DNA of 64,000 nucleotides, taken from contig MU058669.1 in assembly GCA_013265495.1 (NCBI GenBank), positions 1,435,880 to 1,499,879 of the forward strand, written 5' to 3'. Position 1 is the stretch's first letter. The number at the start of each line of letters is the position of its first letter. The stretch comes from Vicugna vicugna. Taxonomy: Eukaryota. A program made the position numbers and the translations under genes. Shown piece by piece: positions 61,147 to 64,000 of the stretch. The notes beneath the pieces are model-generated. The model was not told the DNA's origin and made no database searches. It worked only from the letters and a program-made list of their open reading frames with translations.

Positions 61147-62040
61147 GACTAATCAAAAATAATTAATTTTTTTCTACATTTAATTTTTTTCATTCTTATT
61201 TCTAAGTTTTCTGTGAATACACAGCGAATGAAACAATTACTGGTAATATATGGCCACCGTTTAGCAGAAAAGGAACTTTGCAAGTTGCTGATGATGCTTT
61301 TTTAACATTGTTATCAAATGCTGCTGATGTAAAATCAATTCATTCTGACTATTATTCAATGTTAACCAATCCAGGGAAAAAACATAAAGCTTTTTAAACT
61401 TGTCAGTGGTGAAATACGACTTTATTTTGATTATTAATATAAATTCAGTTTAAAAATTCATCATTGAAAGTAATTTTTGTGGTGGTAAAAAGAGGTGTAC
61501 ATTTTACTGGGATATAATATTATATTCTTGCTAAATTAAGTGTTCTAACTAGATTATATCTGTGGAGCTGAAATGTACTTGGCACTTTTGTGAGACATCC
61601 ACATTTATAATTGCCTGTAAGCAACATACATTTTTTTTACCAATCGAAATAGACACATCAGTTGTCAAAATTTACAAGCATCTTTATGCAGAGTTAGAGT
61701 AATTAAACCAGAACATTTGTTTAACAAAGGTGATGTTGAATATATTTTTTTAAAAAATCTTCAGTGTGACAATACTTACATTTTGTCTTTGCTGCCCAAG
61801 TTTATGTGGGTTTCAGAAATACCTGAGTTTTCATTAAAGTCAGTTTACAGGTCTTAAAGTATCTTTCTTTGTAAATGAATTCTCTACATGTTCATTGTTT
61901 TCTTCAAAATCTGTAGAAAATCTTTATTCAGATGTTCCTATAGTGGAGCATGGTGGACATCAGCATTTTTTTTCCAACCCCATAGGTTGATTTGTTTGTT
62001 TTCCAGTCATACTTTATATTAATGAGTTTTATATTAATTT

Positions 62041-62098
62041 TATATTAATTACCTGAGTTTTCTATTAATTACCTGAGTATTATATTAATTACTTTGAG
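62041..62098. repeat. 20-bp tandem repeat, 3 copies
   Basis: tatattaattacctgagttt / tctattaattacctgagtat / tatattaattactttgag. Confidence 0.9.
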
Positions 62099-62159
62099 GA
62101 AATATTACTAATTTTGGCAGGATTATCCAACACTAATATTAACTCCTACGACTAAAAAT

Positions 62160-62783
62160 TTTTTTTGTTTTTTGTTTTTAAGAGCTTCTTTGGAAGTAAT
62201 TTTATTGTGATATGATTTACTTGTGTTAAGATTCATTCTTGTTGGTGTTCATTTCTATTTATTTTGATAACTTCATATAATCATGTAACTACCACCACAG
62301 TCAAGGTATGTAATGGTTTTATCACAATGCCCTTACGCCCTTCAGAGTCAATCGCTGTCTTTCTCCCACTCCCTGTCCCTGTATTTTTGGTTTTTCCAGA
62401 ATAGAATGTCAGTTGGATCATACAGTAGTAATCTTATGAGTTGGAATTCTTTCACTTAGGTAATGCATTTGCGATGCATCCATGTTACTGCAGGTATCCA
62501 TGGTTCACTTATCCCTCTGTGTTGTGGTACTTCATGGCATGGATGTATCACAGGTGTATTATCCATCATCAGTTTGGAGGATGCGTGGGTTGTGTTAAGC
62601 TTTTGGCAGTTATGAATAGAGTTGCTATAAACATTCATGTACAGGTTTTTTTTTGTAAACATAATTGTTTATTTCTCTTGGGGTAGATACCTAGGAGTGG
62701 AAATACTGGGTTATTGATGAAGCATTTATTTGTTTAACCATATAAGAAACTACCATACAGTTTTGTGAAATGGCTTCATGAAC
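62160..62783 (-). mobile_element. L1MB-type 3' fragment nested in Blackjack
   Basis: catgtaactaccaccacagtcaagg...gcttttggcagttatgaatagagttgctataaacattcatgtacagg...gatacctaggagtgg. Confidence 0.85.
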
Positions 62784-64000
62784 ACATCAGCTTTTATAAA
62801 GTTCTTGGTGAATTGCAATTACTGTAACAAAGCTTGCAAATTGAATGATTGTAAAAACTTTCCCTGTGGAACAAAAAGTATCCAGACAAATTAAATCATG
62901 AGAGCTCAAATGTTACGGCAAATTTAAACTTGAAATTCTACAATCATGATTTGTAATGAAAATCTATTGTTGGAGTGCCTATTCTGAATTCAGTGGACTT
63001 CTAGTCTCTACTGAAATGAAATTGACATGATAGATCATTCTGCTTTATCACCTTAACAGAGTATCAATTCAGTCATAGAAATAAGTTGCTTGAAAGATTT
63101 TTTCCCCATAAAAACAACTGAGGAAGAAATAAACTCTAAATTGAAGCTTAAAAAATATACAAAAATATTTGGGCACAAAAGATCATTTACCACTTGCAGA
63201 CTGGACCACTAACAAGCTCATGCCACATCTAGAAAGAGAGTTTCCGTAATTAAAAAAAAATAATTTACAGAGAAGAGTTACTGGAAGTTATCACATTTTT
63301 CAAATTTATTAAACACAAAATGCTTTTTGAAGCATTGAAAATAGAAGATGCTTACAGGTAGCTTTATGAAAAAAAATAACAAAGCCATAATATTGGGGAA
63401 AAATACATTCCTCAGAAAAAAAAAATACCAGTGACACATTTTTAAAGACAGATATGGCCAGGAAACTGACTGAAGTACCTTATTAAAGCTTATTCTGGTC
63501 ATTTTAATTTTAATATTTAAGTAATCAATATAAAGTTTTAAAATTATCTATTTGTGTACAAAGATATATTGCTTTTATATTTTAAGAAAAACTTTTATTT
63601 TTTAAAATAAGTCAGGAATAGGACCATAAATATTATAAGACCAATTTAAGGGTCAATAATCATTTCAATATTATATGAATTATCATCTTTAGCATCACCT
63701 TTCACTATCAAAATGTTCTGGTTTGACTCATAATCTCTAGTCATCCAACTTGAAGGGAAGATAGTTTTGACTTTGATGATCGGTATGTACCAAGGCTAAG
63801 AGGCTGAAAGGAACATGGAACATATGTGAACTGAAAAGCATCTGGTGAGAGTTTTGCTTGCTACAGGATTTCAGAAAAACCACATTGTCTTGGCTCTTTT
63901 TTTCCTGATAGATTGAAATGTGCACTGCTTTGTAGGCCAAGGATGTTCTTTCTAGCAGGTGAAAGTCTGTGAAGATTTGCCACTTATGTATAAGATCCAG

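Larger units (their letters stand above)
59464..63748 (+). mobile_element. hAT-Blackjack DNA transposon fossil with both termini and decayed transposase, interrupted three times
   Basis: Left end tagggcttgccatag...ggtcctggtttatac; right end cctttcactatcaaaatgttctggtttg...agtcatccaa; transposase remnants LPIEIDTSVVKIYKHLY (61637-61687), SNLLNTKC (~63300) and KIHSSEK (~63400); many stops and frameshifts. Confidence 0.8.

Noticed and set aside
62010..62100. Short direct repeats resembling a CRISPR-like array
   Set aside because: Head-to-tail AT-rich 20-mers without unique spacers, in mammalian DNA with no cas genes: an ordinary minisatellite.
59464..63748. Domesticated or active transposase gene
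   Set aside because: Multiple stops, frameshifts, deletions and three insertions; fossil only.

Overview
Mammalian (eutherian) non-coding genomic DNA, most likely camelid. That call rests on young L1 3' ends resembling camelid L1 tails as I recall them, and on the absence of recognisable Alu, B1, Bov-A/tA, PRE-1 or SINEC elements; no search was run. I found no protein-coding exon, RNA gene, CpG island or CRISPR-like array that I can support, and the supplied ORFs are short, repeat-derived or low-complexity. Much of the window is interspersed repeat: a near-full-length ancient L1MB splitting a MIR, a cluster of lineage-specific L1 3' stubs at 22-30 kb (one nested with a perfect ~20-bp TSD), many MIR/L2/MER5 relics, MaLR LTRs, six CR1/L3 ORF2 relics, and a hAT-Blackjack transposon fossil with both termini and a decayed transposase (59.5-63.7 kb). 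L1 and LTR copies are almost all on the minus strand, suggesting a large intron of a + strand gene that I cannot name. I see no evidence of a new biological system; the best leads are transposon-archaeology and cryptic-exon candidates. Repeat family names come from remembered consensus sequences, and old-repeat boundaries are approximate (tens of bp).
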